DNA of 64,000 bases from the NCBI GenBank assembly GCA_024239055.1, contig JANBVJ010000001.1, forward strand, positions 65,277-129,276. Direction: 5' to 3'. This document shows positions 9,097 to 18,951 of this stretch, piece after piece (position 1 is the stretch's first letter; every line of letters begins with the position of its first letter). A program made the translations under genes and the position numbers. The notes beneath the pieces are model-generated. The model was not told the DNA's origin and did no database searches. It saw only the letters and a program-made list of their open reading frames with translations. The DNA is from Patescibacteria group bacterium. GTDB lineage: Bacteria; Patescibacteriota; Minisyncoccia; Minisyncoccales; UBA10102.

Positions 9097-9168
9097 TAAA
9101 ATCGATTTACTGTGGTAAGTTCATTTTATCGAACAGTTCGTTAAAACAGCAGCCGAAAGGCCTGATAA

Positions 9169-9666
9169 ATGTTAACTCTACTAGATCGAGAGAGTGTAGA
9201 AGAAGAAATAAGAGAATTAAAGAACATCCCAATGGCTTTCGTGCTAGGGAGTATCTTTCTTAAGTTTGCCAACATGGATGAGGTTTATGCGAGGGATAGA
9301 TTTCATTCTAATGTATCTGCGCCAGGATCTTTTCTTTCTATTTCGCTCTCATGGAGATCTGATTTAGATTACAACAAAGCAGAAGCAAAGCTTATCCTCT
9401 GGAGAGGACATATTGATAAAGATAAGGGAGGGCTTAATCCTTTTTCTTCTGAATTTGTTACGCTTGTTGCCGGTGCAGCTGATGGTGGTATATGGAGAGC
9501 AGATAAGGGCCAAGAGAGAAAATTTCGTATCTTAGTATCAGTCTCAGGTTTTAATTTTCCTGAAACTGATGGAAGATGGCTCATGAATGTGTTTCTACCT
9601 TATTTCAGTTCTATGGCAACAGAGCTCCACCTTGATGTTTCAGAGTATGCATCATTCTGGGAGTAA
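9169..9666 (+). CDS. hypothetical protein
   Basis: 165-aa ORF with no recognisable motif. Confidence 0.4.
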   Translation: MLTLLDRESVEEEIRELKNIPMAFVLGSIFLKFANMDEVYARDRFHSNVSAPGSFLSISLSWRSDLDYNKAEAKLILWRGHIDKDKGGLNPFSSEFVTLVAGAADGGIWRADKGQERKFRILVSVSGFNFPETDGRWLMNVFLPYFSSMATELHLDVSEYASFWE

Positions 9667-9715
9667 TCATTAAGAGTGATTTTCTTCAAGAAAGTCTCGT
9701 TTTTAACGGGACTTT

Positions 9716-10846
9716 TTAATATATAAAGGTATCTACAATCCGCCCATCCTTATCTAAGAGCTTAAGGGTGTCGTGACGATCCCTAGTGAAATCTCTTTCC
9801 ATATAAATATGCCACTCGTTTTTGGTAAAGTCGCTGTCGTTTTTATGCAGGTTATAGCAGGCGCTGTAATTAAAACGGTCTTGAATATATGAAAGGCATT
9901 CAGAATCTGTTGCGACAGCTGGAATATTTGCATGATTAGGTATAGTGCAGGATGAGAAGCTAATGTCTTTTAAGATAAAGTCTTGGCAAGGAATTCGCAA
10001 ATATCTTAGGTCCCGTTCAGTAGGTTTATCAGGACATGAGGATGAGATAGATAAGGGGAATGTGTAGTACTGTTTTAAATATCCCATGCAGATATTTGGA
10101 CGAAAGCTTATGTTTCTTCCAAAGGGGCTTTTTTCAGCTGTCAGATAGACAGCATCTCCTCTGCGCAGATTAATGTTGTTTGTGCCAGTAAAGTTGATTG
10201 CTTGGGGTATTTTTTCAATACCAAGAGGAATTGTAAATCCTCCTAATTCTCCCTCTATTCTCCATCCTGTTATATTTATCTTTTCATCTGATGTGAGATT
10301 TGGACGTAATGTAATAAGAAGTTTTCTGGTTGCACTTTCTTGACGTACGCTTCTGATATCTACCTTCCCATAATATTCAGATGTGTTTATGGTAAATGTG
10401 TAGGAGGCGGGAGTATAGTCTACTTCTCCTTTATATTTTGACCTTACTTTAAAGGTGTACTCATTTGGACCTAATGGTAGTTTTATAGTACGTTTTGCAG
10501 AAGAGGTTGGTTTCCAGTATTTGTCTATTCCAGCAATATATGTTTCATAAGTTATTCTTACATTATCTTCTGGGATGATACTGCCTGAAAACTCAAAGAT
10601 TACGGTGTTAGTATTATTTCCATCTTCGGGTTCCTTTGTTATTTCAGTATCTAATATAAAGCTTACTGTGGATGTTACGGTTGAGCTGGAGCCCGATGGT
10701 GTCTGTACTTCAGGCGTCAGAACTGATCTATCTTGGAGCGTATTAAGAGAGGGCAGACCAAAATCAACACCTTCAAAGATATTTCCTCCTATGCTAAATC
10801 CCGCAATAGCAAGGATTATGAGAAGCGGAATAAGAATGATTGGCAT
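9716..10846 (-). CDS. N-terminally anchored secreted protein with lamin-tail-domain-like region
   Basis: TM helix MPIILIPLLIILAIAGFSIG. The region KINITGWRIEGELGGFTIPLG...LRRGDAVYL resembles an LTD fold pattern. The C-terminal half is Cys-rich. Confidence 0.5.
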   Translation of the reverse strand: MPIILIPLLIILAIAGFSIGGNIFEGVDFGLPSLNTLQDRSVLTPEVQTPSGSSSTVTSTVSFILDTEITKEPEDGNNTNTVIFEFSGSIIPEDNVRITYETYIAGIDKYWKPTSSAKRTIKLPLGPNEYTFKVRSKYKGEVDYTPASYTFTINTSEYYGKVDIRSVRQESATRKLLITLRPNLTSDEKINITGWRIEGELGGFTIPLGIEKIPQAINFTGTNNINLRRGDAVYLTAEKSPFGRNISFRPNICMGYLKQYYTFPLSISSSCPDKPTERDLRYLRIPCQDFILKDISFSSCTIPNHANIPAVATDSECLSYIQDRFNYSACYNLHKNDSDFTKNEWHIYMERDFTRDRHDTLKLLDKDGRIVDTFIY

Positions 10847-10884
10847 TACTGTATTATACTACAATTTGAGTTCAAGTGGGACTC

Positions 10885-10893
10885 TGGTATAAT
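10885..10893 (+). promoter_or_regulatory. extended -10 promoter TGgTATAAT, leaderless geometry
   Basis: TATAAT 10888-10893, 6 nt before the ATG at 10900. Confidence 0.5.
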
Positions 10894-10899
10894 CCTTTT

Positions 10900-11643
10900 A
10901 TGAAGATTACTGCGATAAAGACCCATAAGATTACGGTTAAAGATACGGATTTGTTTTTGGTATTAGATAAGTATCTTCCTAAACTCAAGGAGGGTTCTGT
11001 TGTTGCCATTACTTCAAAGATAATAGCCATATGCGAGGGTAGGGTGGCTGATCCCAAAGATGTAGATAAAGATGAGTTAATAAAGCGGGAAGCTGAGGCT
11101 TACTTACCACGATCTAAAAGCAAATATAATTTATTGGTGACTCTAAAGAATAATATGATTGTTCCTTCTGCTGGAATTGATGAATCAAATGCAGATGGTC
11201 TCTATGTACTATGGCCTGAGGATTCGCAAAAGACAGCAAATAAGGTAAGAGAATATTTAGAAAAGAAGTTTAAAATTAAAAATGTGGGAGTTGTTATTAC
11301 AGATAGCCGAACATCCCCATTGCGATGGGGGGTGACTGGTATTTCATTGGCACACTCTGGGTTTTCTGCTCTGAATAATTATATTGGAAAGAAAGATATC
11401 TTTAAAAGGGTATTAAATATGACTATGACAAATGTAGCTGATGGTTTGGCGGGAGCTGCTGTGCTTTTAATGGGGGAGGGAGCAGAACAAACACCCTTGG
11501 CTATTATTGAGGATGTTAAGTTTGTGAAGTTTCAAGGAAGAAATCCTACAACAAAAGAATTAAAGCAGCTGTGTATTAAGATTGAAGATGACATTTATGG
11601 ACCTATGTTAAAGGGAGTGAAGTGGCGAAAGGGTGGTTCTTGA
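10900..11643 (+). CDS. F420-0:gamma-glutamyl ligase (CofE)-family protein
   Basis: VAITSKIIAICEGR and SAGIDESNA motifs are typical of PF01996. Confidence 0.65.
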   Translation: MKITAIKTHKITVKDTDLFLVLDKYLPKLKEGSVVAITSKIIAICEGRVADPKDVDKDELIKREAEAYLPRSKSKYNLLVTLKNNMIVPSAGIDESNADGLYVLWPEDSQKTANKVREYLEKKFKIKNVGVVITDSRTSPLRWGVTGISLAHSGFSALNNYIGKKDIFKRVLNMTMTNVADGLAGAAVLLMGEGAEQTPLAIIEDVKFVKFQGRNPTTKELKQLCIKIEDDIYGPMLKGVKWRKGGS

Positions 11644-11724
11644 ACTGTGGATAACCATATCTCTTGACAGGGTTTGTTGGGTATGATAACGTTTAAATAC
11701 TTGTATAATCGTTTAAGTATTAAA

Positions 11725-12036
11725 ATGCTTACAACAAAAGAAATTGGAAAATTTAAAAAGAAGTTACAAGGAGGTGAGGATCATCTTGCTTTTATCTTTG
11801 AGGCACTCTCAAACCCTGCGCGTTTAAAGATATTTCGTCTGCTTTCAAAGCAGAAAGATATCTGCGTAACAGATGTTGCAAGGATACTTGGTGTGTCTGT
11901 ACCAGCGGCTTCCTATCAGTTTCGTATTTTAGAGATGGTGGGATTAGTAGAGAAAGAGAGAATGGGAAAGATGATTTGTTACAAACTTAAAAAAGAAAAT
12001 CCTATAGTTCGAAAGATAATAAGGATTGTTGGGTAG
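11725..12036 (+). CDS. ArsR/SmtB family transcriptional regulator
   Basis: ALSNPARLKIFRLL...ICVTDVARILGVSVPAASYQFRILEMVGLV is a winged HTH. Confidence 0.75.
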   Translation: MLTTKEIGKFKKKLQGGEDHLAFIFEALSNPARLKIFRLLSKQKDICVTDVARILGVSVPAASYQFRILEMVGLVEKERMGKMICYKLKKENPIVRKIIRIVG

Positions 12037-12068
12037 GTCGAAGATAAAAAATAAATGAAGAAAATGAA

Positions 12069-12308
12069 ATGGCAAAAGTAATACTATACACTACACCTAC
12101 ATGTGTGTACTGTAAGGCAGCAAAAGAGTTTTTTGAAGAGAACAATGTGGAGTATGAGGAGAAGGATGTCTCAAAAGATGAGGCAGATCTTCAGGAGATG
12201 GTAAAGAAGTCAGGTGGTATGGCGGTTCCCGTCATAGACATTGATGGGGAAATAGTTGTTGGTTTCAATAAGGATCAGGTTGCAGATCTATTAGGAGTAG
12301 GGAAATAA
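12069..12308 (+). CDS. glutaredoxin-like protein (NrdH/YruB type)
   Basis: 79 aa with CVYC redox motif in KVILYTTPTCVYCKAAKEFF. Confidence 0.8.
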   Translation: MAKVILYTTPTCVYCKAAKEFFEENNVEYEEKDVSKDEADLQEMVKKSGGMAVPVIDIDGEIVVGFNKDQVADLLGVGK

Positions 12309-12318
12309 CAGCTGATAT

Positions 12319-13338
12319 ATGCGGCTGTTTTTGCCCATTCTTGTTATAGGAGTTGTTGGACTAGGTATTATTTTTATTCCTAGGCTTTTTCTCTCAGATG
12401 ACTTTAATCTGCCGCAGGGAGAGGCTGTGAGAGAAACTATTATGGTTAAAGATACAGGAACTAAAAAAGAGGTAGAACGTGAGATATTAGTTACTGATGG
12501 AGTAAGGCACTCAGTTCCCTTAGACGAGGTTGTTGGAGGGGGACCGCCAAAAGACGGTATTCCTCCAATAGACAATCCTGAGTTTATTATATCTTCTGAG
12601 GTTGATGATTGGCTGCAGGATGATGAACCTGGTCTTTCAATATCTCAAGGGGCTACGAATCGTTTCTATCCTTATCAGATTTTGGTATGGCATGAGATTG
12701 TAAACGATACGATTGATGGTAAACGCATATTGGTAACCTATTGTCCATTGTGTTTCTCTGGCATTGTTTTTGACCCTGTGGTTCAGGGTGAGCGCGTTGA
12801 GTTTGGAACTTCAGGAAAGCTCTGGCAGTCTAATCTTGTTATGTATGACCGAAAGACAGACAGCCTATGGTCTCAGATTTTAGGAGAGGCTATTGTAGGT
12901 GAGATGACGGGTACTACACTACGCATTCTTTCTTCTGATCAGATGCTCTATGGGGAGTGGAAAAAGAATAATCCTACAGGTCAGGTGCTCGCACGCCCTC
13001 AAGGGGCTGGGAAGTTTTATGGAGTGAATCCTTATGGGAGCTACTACTCGGTTGCAAACTTTTCGCTTAATCTTGTAAATAAGATAGATGATAGACTTTC
13101 CAATGATACTTTTGTCTTTGGGTTAATCTTTGATAGTGTAGCTAAAGCATACAATATAGAATCGGTAAAGCAGAAGGGTGTTGTAAAAGATAAGGTAGGG
13201 GAGACCGATGTTGTATTGCGGTATGATAAGGAACTGGATGTTGTCCGTGTATTCCAGGGAGAGAAGAGAATTAATCCTATTTCCGGGTTCTGGTTTAGTT
13301 GGGTTGCAGCTCATCCAGATACCGAGGTTTATAAGTAA
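12319..13338 (+). CDS. DUF3179 domain protein, membrane-anchored
   Basis: PPKDGIPPIDNPEF, YPYQILVWHEIVND and ILVTYCPLCFSG motifs. Confidence 0.7.
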   Translation: MRLFLPILVIGVVGLGIIFIPRLFLSDDFNLPQGEAVRETIMVKDTGTKKEVEREILVTDGVRHSVPLDEVVGGGPPKDGIPPIDNPEFIISSEVDDWLQDDEPGLSISQGATNRFYPYQILVWHEIVNDTIDGKRILVTYCPLCFSGIVFDPVVQGERVEFGTSGKLWQSNLVMYDRKTDSLWSQILGEAIVGEMTGTTLRILSSDQMLYGEWKKNNPTGQVLARPQGAGKFYGVNPYGSYYSVANFSLNLVNKIDDRLSNDTFVFGLIFDSVAKAYNIESVKQKGVVKDKVGETDVVLRYDKELDVVRVFQGEKRINPISGFWFSWVAAHPDTEVYK

Positions 13339-13347
13339 CAAAATACT

Positions 13348-13854
13348 ATGAAAATTATTGGAATCGGAATTGTTGTCATTGTTTCTATTATAGTAGGAAT
13401 ACTATTTTTAAAAGATAGTCCTTCAGTTCCTATTGGGAATACAAATGATGTTCTAGACCTTACACTGCAAGATTATGAAGGGAATGAGATACTGCTATCT
13501 GATTTTGTCGGCAAACCCATGATTTTAAACTCTTGGGCAGTATGGTGTCCTTTCTGCGTTAAAGAGCTTTCTGCATTTGTAGAGATACAGGATGAGTTTG
13601 GCAAAGATATAATCATTGTTGCCATTAACAGAGCTGAATCTTTGGATACAGCAAAGACTTATACCGATGACCTTGGAGTTACGGCTTCCATGCTATTTCT
13701 ATTAGACCCTTCAGATTCTTTTTATAGGGCAATCAGCGGTTTTTCCATGCCAGAGACCTTATTCATTGATGCTCATGGTGTGACCCAAGTTCATAAGCGA
13801 GGTCCTATGGAGGTTGAAGAGATTAGAGAAAAAGTCCAGGCGTTATTCAATTAA
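13348..13854 (+). CDS. TlpA/ResA-like thiol-disulfide oxidoreductase, membrane-anchored
   Basis: WAVWCPFCVKEL CxxC motif in a thioredoxin fold, with an N-terminal TM helix. Confidence 0.75.
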   Translation: MKIIGIGIVVIVSIIVGILFLKDSPSVPIGNTNDVLDLTLQDYEGNEILLSDFVGKPMILNSWAVWCPFCVKELSAFVEIQDEFGKDIIIVAINRAESLDTAKTYTDDLGVTASMLFLLDPSDSFYRAISGFSMPETLFIDAHGVTQVHKRGPMEVEEIREKVQALFN

Positions 13855-13863
13855 TAATATTTT

Positions 13864-14067
13864 ATGGAACTCATTGGATTTACATTAGATATCATAGGGA
13901 AAGTCATGATCGCGTTTACCGCCCTTATGGTTCATCATAGGTTTTCAAAAGAGCATAAGATTGACGAAAAGGTGTTTTCTGAAATGAAGCGAGAGAAAAT
14001 TGTTGGAATACTTGGTATTCTTTTCATGATTCTTGGATTTCTATTGCAGCTTTCCAGTAAGTTATAG
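13864..14067 (+). CDS. small two-TM membrane protein
   Basis: 67-aa ORF with two hydrophobic helices, tightly packed in the redox cluster. Confidence 0.4.
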   Translation: MELIGFTLDIIGKVMIAFTALMVHHRFSKEHKIDEKVFSEMKREKIVGILGILFMILGFLLQLSSKL

Positions 14068-14070
14068 CTT

Positions 14071-14886
14071 ATGGATATTATTACACTTATCATTCCCGCA
14101 TTCATCGCAGGAATTCTTACATTTTTGGCTCCATGTACTCTGCCTCTGGTGCCAGCCTACCTGAGTTTTATTGGTGGTTCTTCAATTGAAGATTTGAAAG
14201 ATCCAGATAAGGCTAAAAGGGCACGCATGAAGATTTTTCTGAATGGTTTGTTCTATGTTATTGGTTTTAGCGCAGTATTTATATTACTGGGAAGTTTATT
14301 TGGACTCGGTGGGTCAGCTCTCATTCAGTATCGTACTCTTATTGCGAGAGTAGGGGGTGTATTTATTATATTCTTTGCCCTGTTTCTCATAGCTCCGGGT
14401 TTGGCTTCCATTACAAGGAATAAGATTAATCTTATGAGGCTTTCGGTATTTAGATTCTTTCAGGCAGAAGCGAAACTTTCTATAAATAGGCTAACGCGGA
14501 ATCTAAGACCAGGAAATCCAGTGAGCTCTTTGATATTTGGTGCTACATTTGCTTTTGGATGGACTCCATGCGTTGGTCCAATTCTCGGAGTTATTCTTAC
14601 CTTTGCCGCTTCTTCGGCAACCCTTGGAGCTGGAGCTATGTTGCTGCTGGTATTTTCTCTTGGTTTGGCCGTTCCATTTCTTTTGACCGCCCTTGCCATT
14701 GGATGGGCGTCAAAGCACATTTCAAAGCTTTCAAAATATTTGAACGCTATATCATTTATTGGAGGGCTGTTCTTACTTTTACTTGGAGTGTTAATGGTTA
14801 CAGATAATTTTCTTTTCTGGATTCAATTTATATTCCAGTTATTAGAACCCTTAGATTATGAAGAATGGTTATTAGATTACTTATGA
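14071..14886 (+). CDS. ccdA: cytochrome c biogenesis/thiol-disulfide transporter CcdA (DsbD family)
   Basis: LAPCTLPLVPAYLSFI and a second conserved Cys in GWTPCVGPILG. Confidence 0.8.
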   Translation: MDIITLIIPAFIAGILTFLAPCTLPLVPAYLSFIGGSSIEDLKDPDKAKRARMKIFLNGLFYVIGFSAVFILLGSLFGLGGSALIQYRTLIARVGGVFIIFFALFLIAPGLASITRNKINLMRLSVFRFFQAEAKLSINRLTRNLRPGNPVSSLIFGATFAFGWTPCVGPILGVILTFAASSATLGAGAMLLLVFSLGLAVPFLLTALAIGWASKHISKLSKYLNAISFIGGLFLLLLGVLMVTDNFLFWIQFIFQLLEPLDYEEWLLDYL

Positions 14887-14899
14887 TAGAATAAATAAT

Positions 14900-17239
14900 A
14901 TGAGGCGTAGTAATTCTGACAATCTGCTTCCTACTATTATGATTATTCTGGGGGCGACTGGGGACTTGGCTGAAAAGAAGCTTCTTCCTTCGCTTTTTCA
15001 TTTGTATGAAAAGGGCAAGCTCCCATCTATGTTTCAGATTGTTGGATTCTCCCGGAGAGACTGGGGGAATGAGGAGTTTCAGTCATACGTTACTAAGATA
15101 TTAAAGAAGCATACAAAAGAAACTGCCAAGATAAAAAAGTTTGTGCAGTTCATTGTGTACCAGCAGGGATATTTTGAAAAGAGAGGAGGATATAATAAGT
15201 TAGCTGTGACACTTGGATTCAAGGATGAAGAATGGAAGGTATGCTCAAATAAGTTATTTTATCTTGCTGTGCCCCCTAAGTTGTATAAAGGAATTTTTGA
15301 ACATCTTTCAAGTTCAGGTTTAACAGAGCCATGCTCTCCTGAGGAAGGATGGACTAGGGTTATAGTGGAAAAACCCTTTGGCAAAGATTTAAAGACAGCT
15401 CAGGAACTGGATCGCATGTTGGGTGATCTTTTTGAAGAGGAACAGATCTATAGAATTGATCATTATTTGGGCAAGGAGACTGTACAGAACATTCTTGCCT
15501 TTCGTTTTTCAAACTCGTTTTTTGAACCTGCCTGGGATAATAAATCTATTGAGAAAATTGAGGTTAAACTGCTTGAGAGAGATGGCATTGCAAAAAGAGG
15601 AGAATTTTATGATGGTATCGGGGCTTTGCGAGATGTGGGGCAGAACCATCTGCTCCAGATGCTTTCTCTGTTTTTAATGGATAATCCGGGTATGTTTTCT
15701 GCAGACTCAATTCGTGCAAAGCGGGCTGAGGTTCTTGGCGCCATAAAGTCTATGACAGTTAAAGATGTTGGTGAGCTAACGGTGCGCGGGCAGTATGAAG
15801 GTTATAGGAAAGTTGAGGGTGTTGAAAAGAACTCAAAGACCGAGACTTATTTTCGTCTACTCCTTGAGGTAGATACTCTGAGATGGAAAGGGGTTCCCAT
15901 AGTTTTGGAATCAGGAAAAGGCATGAAAGAGGATCTAGTTGAGGTGGTTGTGACTTTTCGTCACCAACAGCCCTGTCTTTGTCCTCCGGGGCAGCACTAT
16001 AAAAACCAGCTGCATTATCATATTCAGCCAACAGAGGGCATTTTTGCTTCTTTTTGGGTGAAGAAACCCGGAAGTGAGATGATTCTAGAACGAAAGGACT
16101 TTTCCTTTGATTACAGAGCAGCCTACAGCGATGAGGAGTTTATTGATGCCTATGAAAAGCTTCTCACAGCGGCAGTCGCAGGGGATCAGACACTCTTTGT
16201 GAGTACTGAGGAGATATTGGCTTCCTGGAAGTTTATTGACCCTATTATCTCTGCTTGGCAGACGAGAAAGGTACCTTTACAATCTTATAAGCTTCACTCA
16301 GAAGATATACGAAAGGAGAAGATTATCAAGAAGGAATCGCTGGAGCGGCTCATTGGGTTTGTAGGTTTAGGTAAGATGGGCAGTGAGATGGTTTCTCGGC
16401 TTTCTGAGCATGGATGGCAGCTTTTGGTATTTGACGAGAATGCAAAAGCAATAAAAGAGGCAGAATCTACTCTCGTTAAAGGAGCAGCAGATATAAAAGA
16501 GATGATACAAGGATTATCTTCTCCTAGAATAATCTGGCTTATGGTTCCGGCAGGAAAACCCGTAGATGATGTTTTAGATACCTTACTGCCTAATCTTTCA
16601 AAAGGAGATATCATTATTGACGGTGGAAATTCGTTCTTTGAGGATTCTGAAAAAAGAGCAGTTAGTTTAAAGAAAAAGGGTATTCATTTTATAGACGCTG
16701 GAGTCTCAGGTGGTCCTGGAGGAGCAAGACAGGGGGCTTCCCTGATGATTGGAGGGGATAAGGAGATATATGAGCTACTTGTGCCTTTATTCTCAGATTT
16801 GTCTACACAGGGAGGATTTGGATATATGGGTAAGGCAGGAGCTGGGCACTTTGTTAAAATGGTTCATAACGGCATTGAGTATGGCATGATGCAGTCGATA
16901 GCTGAGGGTTTTGCTCTCATGAAAAAGGCTCCATTTTCCCTTAATTTAAAAGAGGTTGCCAGGGTGTATAATAGAGGTAGCGTGGTTGAGTCCCGTCTAG
17001 TCGGATGGTTGCTTGAGGCCTATGATATCTTTGGCCAGAATCTCAAGGGGATTTCAGGAAGTGTTTCCCATACCGGGGAGGGTGAATGGACCGTAAAGAC
17101 TGCAAAAAAGTTTAAGGTTAACGTAGAAATTATTGCAAAGTCTCTTGCCTTTCGCATTCGTTCCTCTGTAAAGCCTTCCTACACAGGACAGATTCTTACA
17201 GCCCTTAGAAACCGCTTTGGAGGACATAAAAAAGATTAA
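14900..17239 (+). CDS. zwf-gnd: fusion of glucose-6-phosphate dehydrogenase (N) and 6-phosphogluconate dehydrogenase, short Gnd/YqeC type (C)
   Basis: The N-terminal half has GATGDLAEKKLLPSLF and RIDHYLGKE. From ~16350 come IGFVGLGKMGSEMVSRL, DAGVSGGPGGARQGASLMIGG and GHFVKMVHNGIEYGMMQ. One uninterrupted 779-aa ORF. Confidence 0.85.
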   Translation: MRRSNSDNLLPTIMIILGATGDLAEKKLLPSLFHLYEKGKLPSMFQIVGFSRRDWGNEEFQSYVTKILKKHTKETAKIKKFVQFIVYQQGYFEKRGGYNKLAVTLGFKDEEWKVCSNKLFYLAVPPKLYKGIFEHLSSSGLTEPCSPEEGWTRVIVEKPFGKDLKTAQELDRMLGDLFEEEQIYRIDHYLGKETVQNILAFRFSNSFFEPAWDNKSIEKIEVKLLERDGIAKRGEFYDGIGALRDVGQNHLLQMLSLFLMDNPGMFSADSIRAKRAEVLGAIKSMTVKDVGELTVRGQYEGYRKVEGVEKNSKTETYFRLLLEVDTLRWKGVPIVLESGKGMKEDLVEVVVTFRHQQPCLCPPGQHYKNQLHYHIQPTEGIFASFWVKKPGSEMILERKDFSFDYRAAYSDEEFIDAYEKLLTAAVAGDQTLFVSTEEILASWKFIDPIISAWQTRKVPLQSYKLHSEDIRKEKIIKKESLERLIGFVGLGKMGSEMVSRLSEHGWQLLVFDENAKAIKEAESTLVKGAADIKEMIQGLSSPRIIWLMVPAGKPVDDVLDTLLPNLSKGDIIIDGGNSFFEDSEKRAVSLKKKGIHFIDAGVSGGPGGARQGASLMIGGDKEIYELLVPLFSDLSTQGGFGYMGKAGAGHFVKMVHNGIEYGMMQSIAEGFALMKKAPFSLNLKEVARVYNRGSVVESRLVGWLLEAYDIFGQNLKGISGSVSHTGEGEWTVKTAKKFKVNVEIIAKSLAFRIRSSVKPSYTGQILTALRNRFGGHKKD

Positions 17240-17243
17240 GCGT

Positions 17244-17954
17244 ATGAAGATACAAAGATTTACAGATAAGGAAAAAGCCAGGACTGCAGCCCAGAAAGCT
17301 CTGGTTGCCTTATTTGCAAAACATACAAATACCCCTATTCTCTTTCTTTCTTCTGGAGGTTCGGCTTTGGAATTGTTAGATGGACTTTCTTTTTTAAATA
17401 AAAAGCATCTTGTTACATTAGGCATGTTGGACGAGAGGTATAGTGATAAAGAGGAGTTCAGTAACTTTCTTTCACTTACAAAGACTAAGTTCTTTTTTAA
17501 TATGCTGACATCAGGTGCAATGCTCATTGATACTTCCCTTCAACATAAAGAGTCTCTCCTTGATATGGCAGAGCGGTTTAACGCAAGTTTAAGGGGATGG
17601 CGCACCATACATCCTGATGGCATTGTTATTGCTACTATGGGTATCGGAGAAGATGGGCATACAGCGGGCATTATGTCTGGTATGGCAGAAGAGGAGTTTG
17701 GGGAACTCTTTGAGAACGATAAGGTTTATGTAGTTGGCTATGATACAGAAAAGAAGGGTGAGGATAGAAATCGTGTTACTGTTACCTTTCCTTTTTTGCG
17801 CTTGATTAATCACACGGTAGTCTACGTTATAGGTAGAGAAAAGGAGAAGGCGCTTTCCAGTATTCTTTTAAAGAAAGGGAATCTTTATAATACCCCAGCA
17901 AGGATTATAAGGGAGATGAAGGATGTTTCTATTTTTACAGATATTAATAAGTAA
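17244..17954 (+). CDS. pgl: 6-phosphogluconolactonase
   Basis: LSSGGSALELL and MGIGEDGHTAGI motifs. The start lies 5 nt after the zwf-gnd stop. Confidence 0.75.
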   Translation: MKIQRFTDKEKARTAAQKALVALFAKHTNTPILFLSSGGSALELLDGLSFLNKKHLVTLGMLDERYSDKEEFSNFLSLTKTKFFFNMLTSGAMLIDTSLQHKESLLDMAERFNASLRGWRTIHPDGIVIATMGIGEDGHTAGIMSGMAEEEFGELFENDKVYVVGYDTEKKGEDRNRVTVTFPFLRLINHTVVYVIGREKEKALSSILLKKGNLYNTPARIIREMKDVSIFTDINK

Positions 17955-17959
17955 TGCCC

Positions 17960-17989
17960 TTGCAAGATAAAGGGTTAAGAATATATAAT
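17960..17989 (+). promoter_or_regulatory. promoter TTGCAA-N18-TATAAT, near-leaderless
   Basis: TTGCAA 17960-17965 and TATAAT 17984-17989, 7 nt before the ATG at 17997. Confidence 0.5.
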
Positions 17990-17996
17990 TGAGAAC

Positions 17997-18932
17997 ATGG
18001 AAAAAAAGAATCACTATGATCTTCTTGTCGTGGGTTCGGGAGCTGCAGGACTTTCTGCGGCAATTTATGCAGGAAGGTATAAGATGCGAACCCTTGTCAT
18101 TGGCGCTGAGTTTGGCGGGGAAACCGCAACAGCTGGATTAATTGAGAACTACCCGGGATTTAAGGAGATAGACGGATACGAATTAATGAAGAAGATGAAG
18201 GAACAAGCAGAGGCCACCGGAGCTGAGGTAAGAGAGGGTAGAATTGTCGAGATTAAGAAAGAAAAGGAGTACTTTAAGTTAAAGACCGAGAAAGGAGAGG
18301 AGTTTGAGGCAACAACTGTTATCTTGGCTTTAGGGACAAATAGACGTCATTTAAATATCCCTAATGAAAAGGAGTTGACCGGAAAGGGAGTGCACTACTG
18401 CATTACCTGTGACGGTCCGGTGTACAACGGCAAGACCGTTGCTATGGTTGGAGGAGGGGACTCTTCTGTTAAGGGAGTAAACTTTTTGGCAGATTATGCT
18501 TCCAAAATCTACTTTATTGTTATGGAAAAGGAACTTGGAGCTGAACCTACGAATTTGGAACGTATGAAAAAGCTTGGGGACAAGGTTGAAGTTCTGTATG
18601 AAACTCAGGTAAAGGAGATAAAGGGAAAGGATTTCTTAAAAGAGCTTGTATTGACACATCCGGTGAATGGTTCCAATATCTTAAAGGTAGACGGTCTCTT
18701 TATTGAGATTGGCTTTGACCCTGATGTTAAGTTTGCCAAGGCGCTTGGGGCTAAGATAGACGAGAGCGGATATATGAAGGTAGATTTTATGATGCGAAGT
18801 TCGATTCCCGGTCTATATGGAGCGGGGGATGCGGTAAACATGTTTGGTACCTTTAAACAGGATATTACTGCTGCCGCCACGGGTTCTGTGGCCGCAACCT
18901 CAGCGTATGAGTATTTCAAGGAGAGAGAGTAA
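17997..18932 (+). CDS. trxB: thioredoxin reductase
   Basis: YDLLVVGSGAAGLSAAIYAGR FAD site, CITC redox centre in HYCITCDG, and an NADPH site. Confidence 0.85.
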   Translation: MEKKNHYDLLVVGSGAAGLSAAIYAGRYKMRTLVIGAEFGGETATAGLIENYPGFKEIDGYELMKKMKEQAEATGAEVREGRIVEIKKEKEYFKLKTEKGEEFEATTVILALGTNRRHLNIPNEKELTGKGVHYCITCDGPVYNGKTVAMVGGGDSSVKGVNFLADYASKIYFIVMEKELGAEPTNLERMKKLGDKVEVLYETQVKEIKGKDFLKELVLTHPVNGSNILKVDGLFIEIGFDPDVKFAKALGAKIDESGYMKVDFMMRSSIPGLYGAGDAVNMFGTFKQDITAAATGSVAATSAYEYFKERE

Positions 18933-18951
18933 TTACTAGCTAATATATTTT

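Noticed and set aside
9126-9144. Near-perfect 19-bp palindrome TTATCGAACAGTTCGTTAA resembling a Gram-positive LexA (Cheo) box
   Set aside because: The Cheo box is GAAC-N4-GTTC and here the spacer is a single base. It may be some other operator upstream of the 9169 ORF, but nothing supports calling it an SOS box.
17054-17527. 157-aa ORF on the minus strand
   Set aside because: It is antisense to the zwf-gnd/pgl junction, and both sense genes are well supported.
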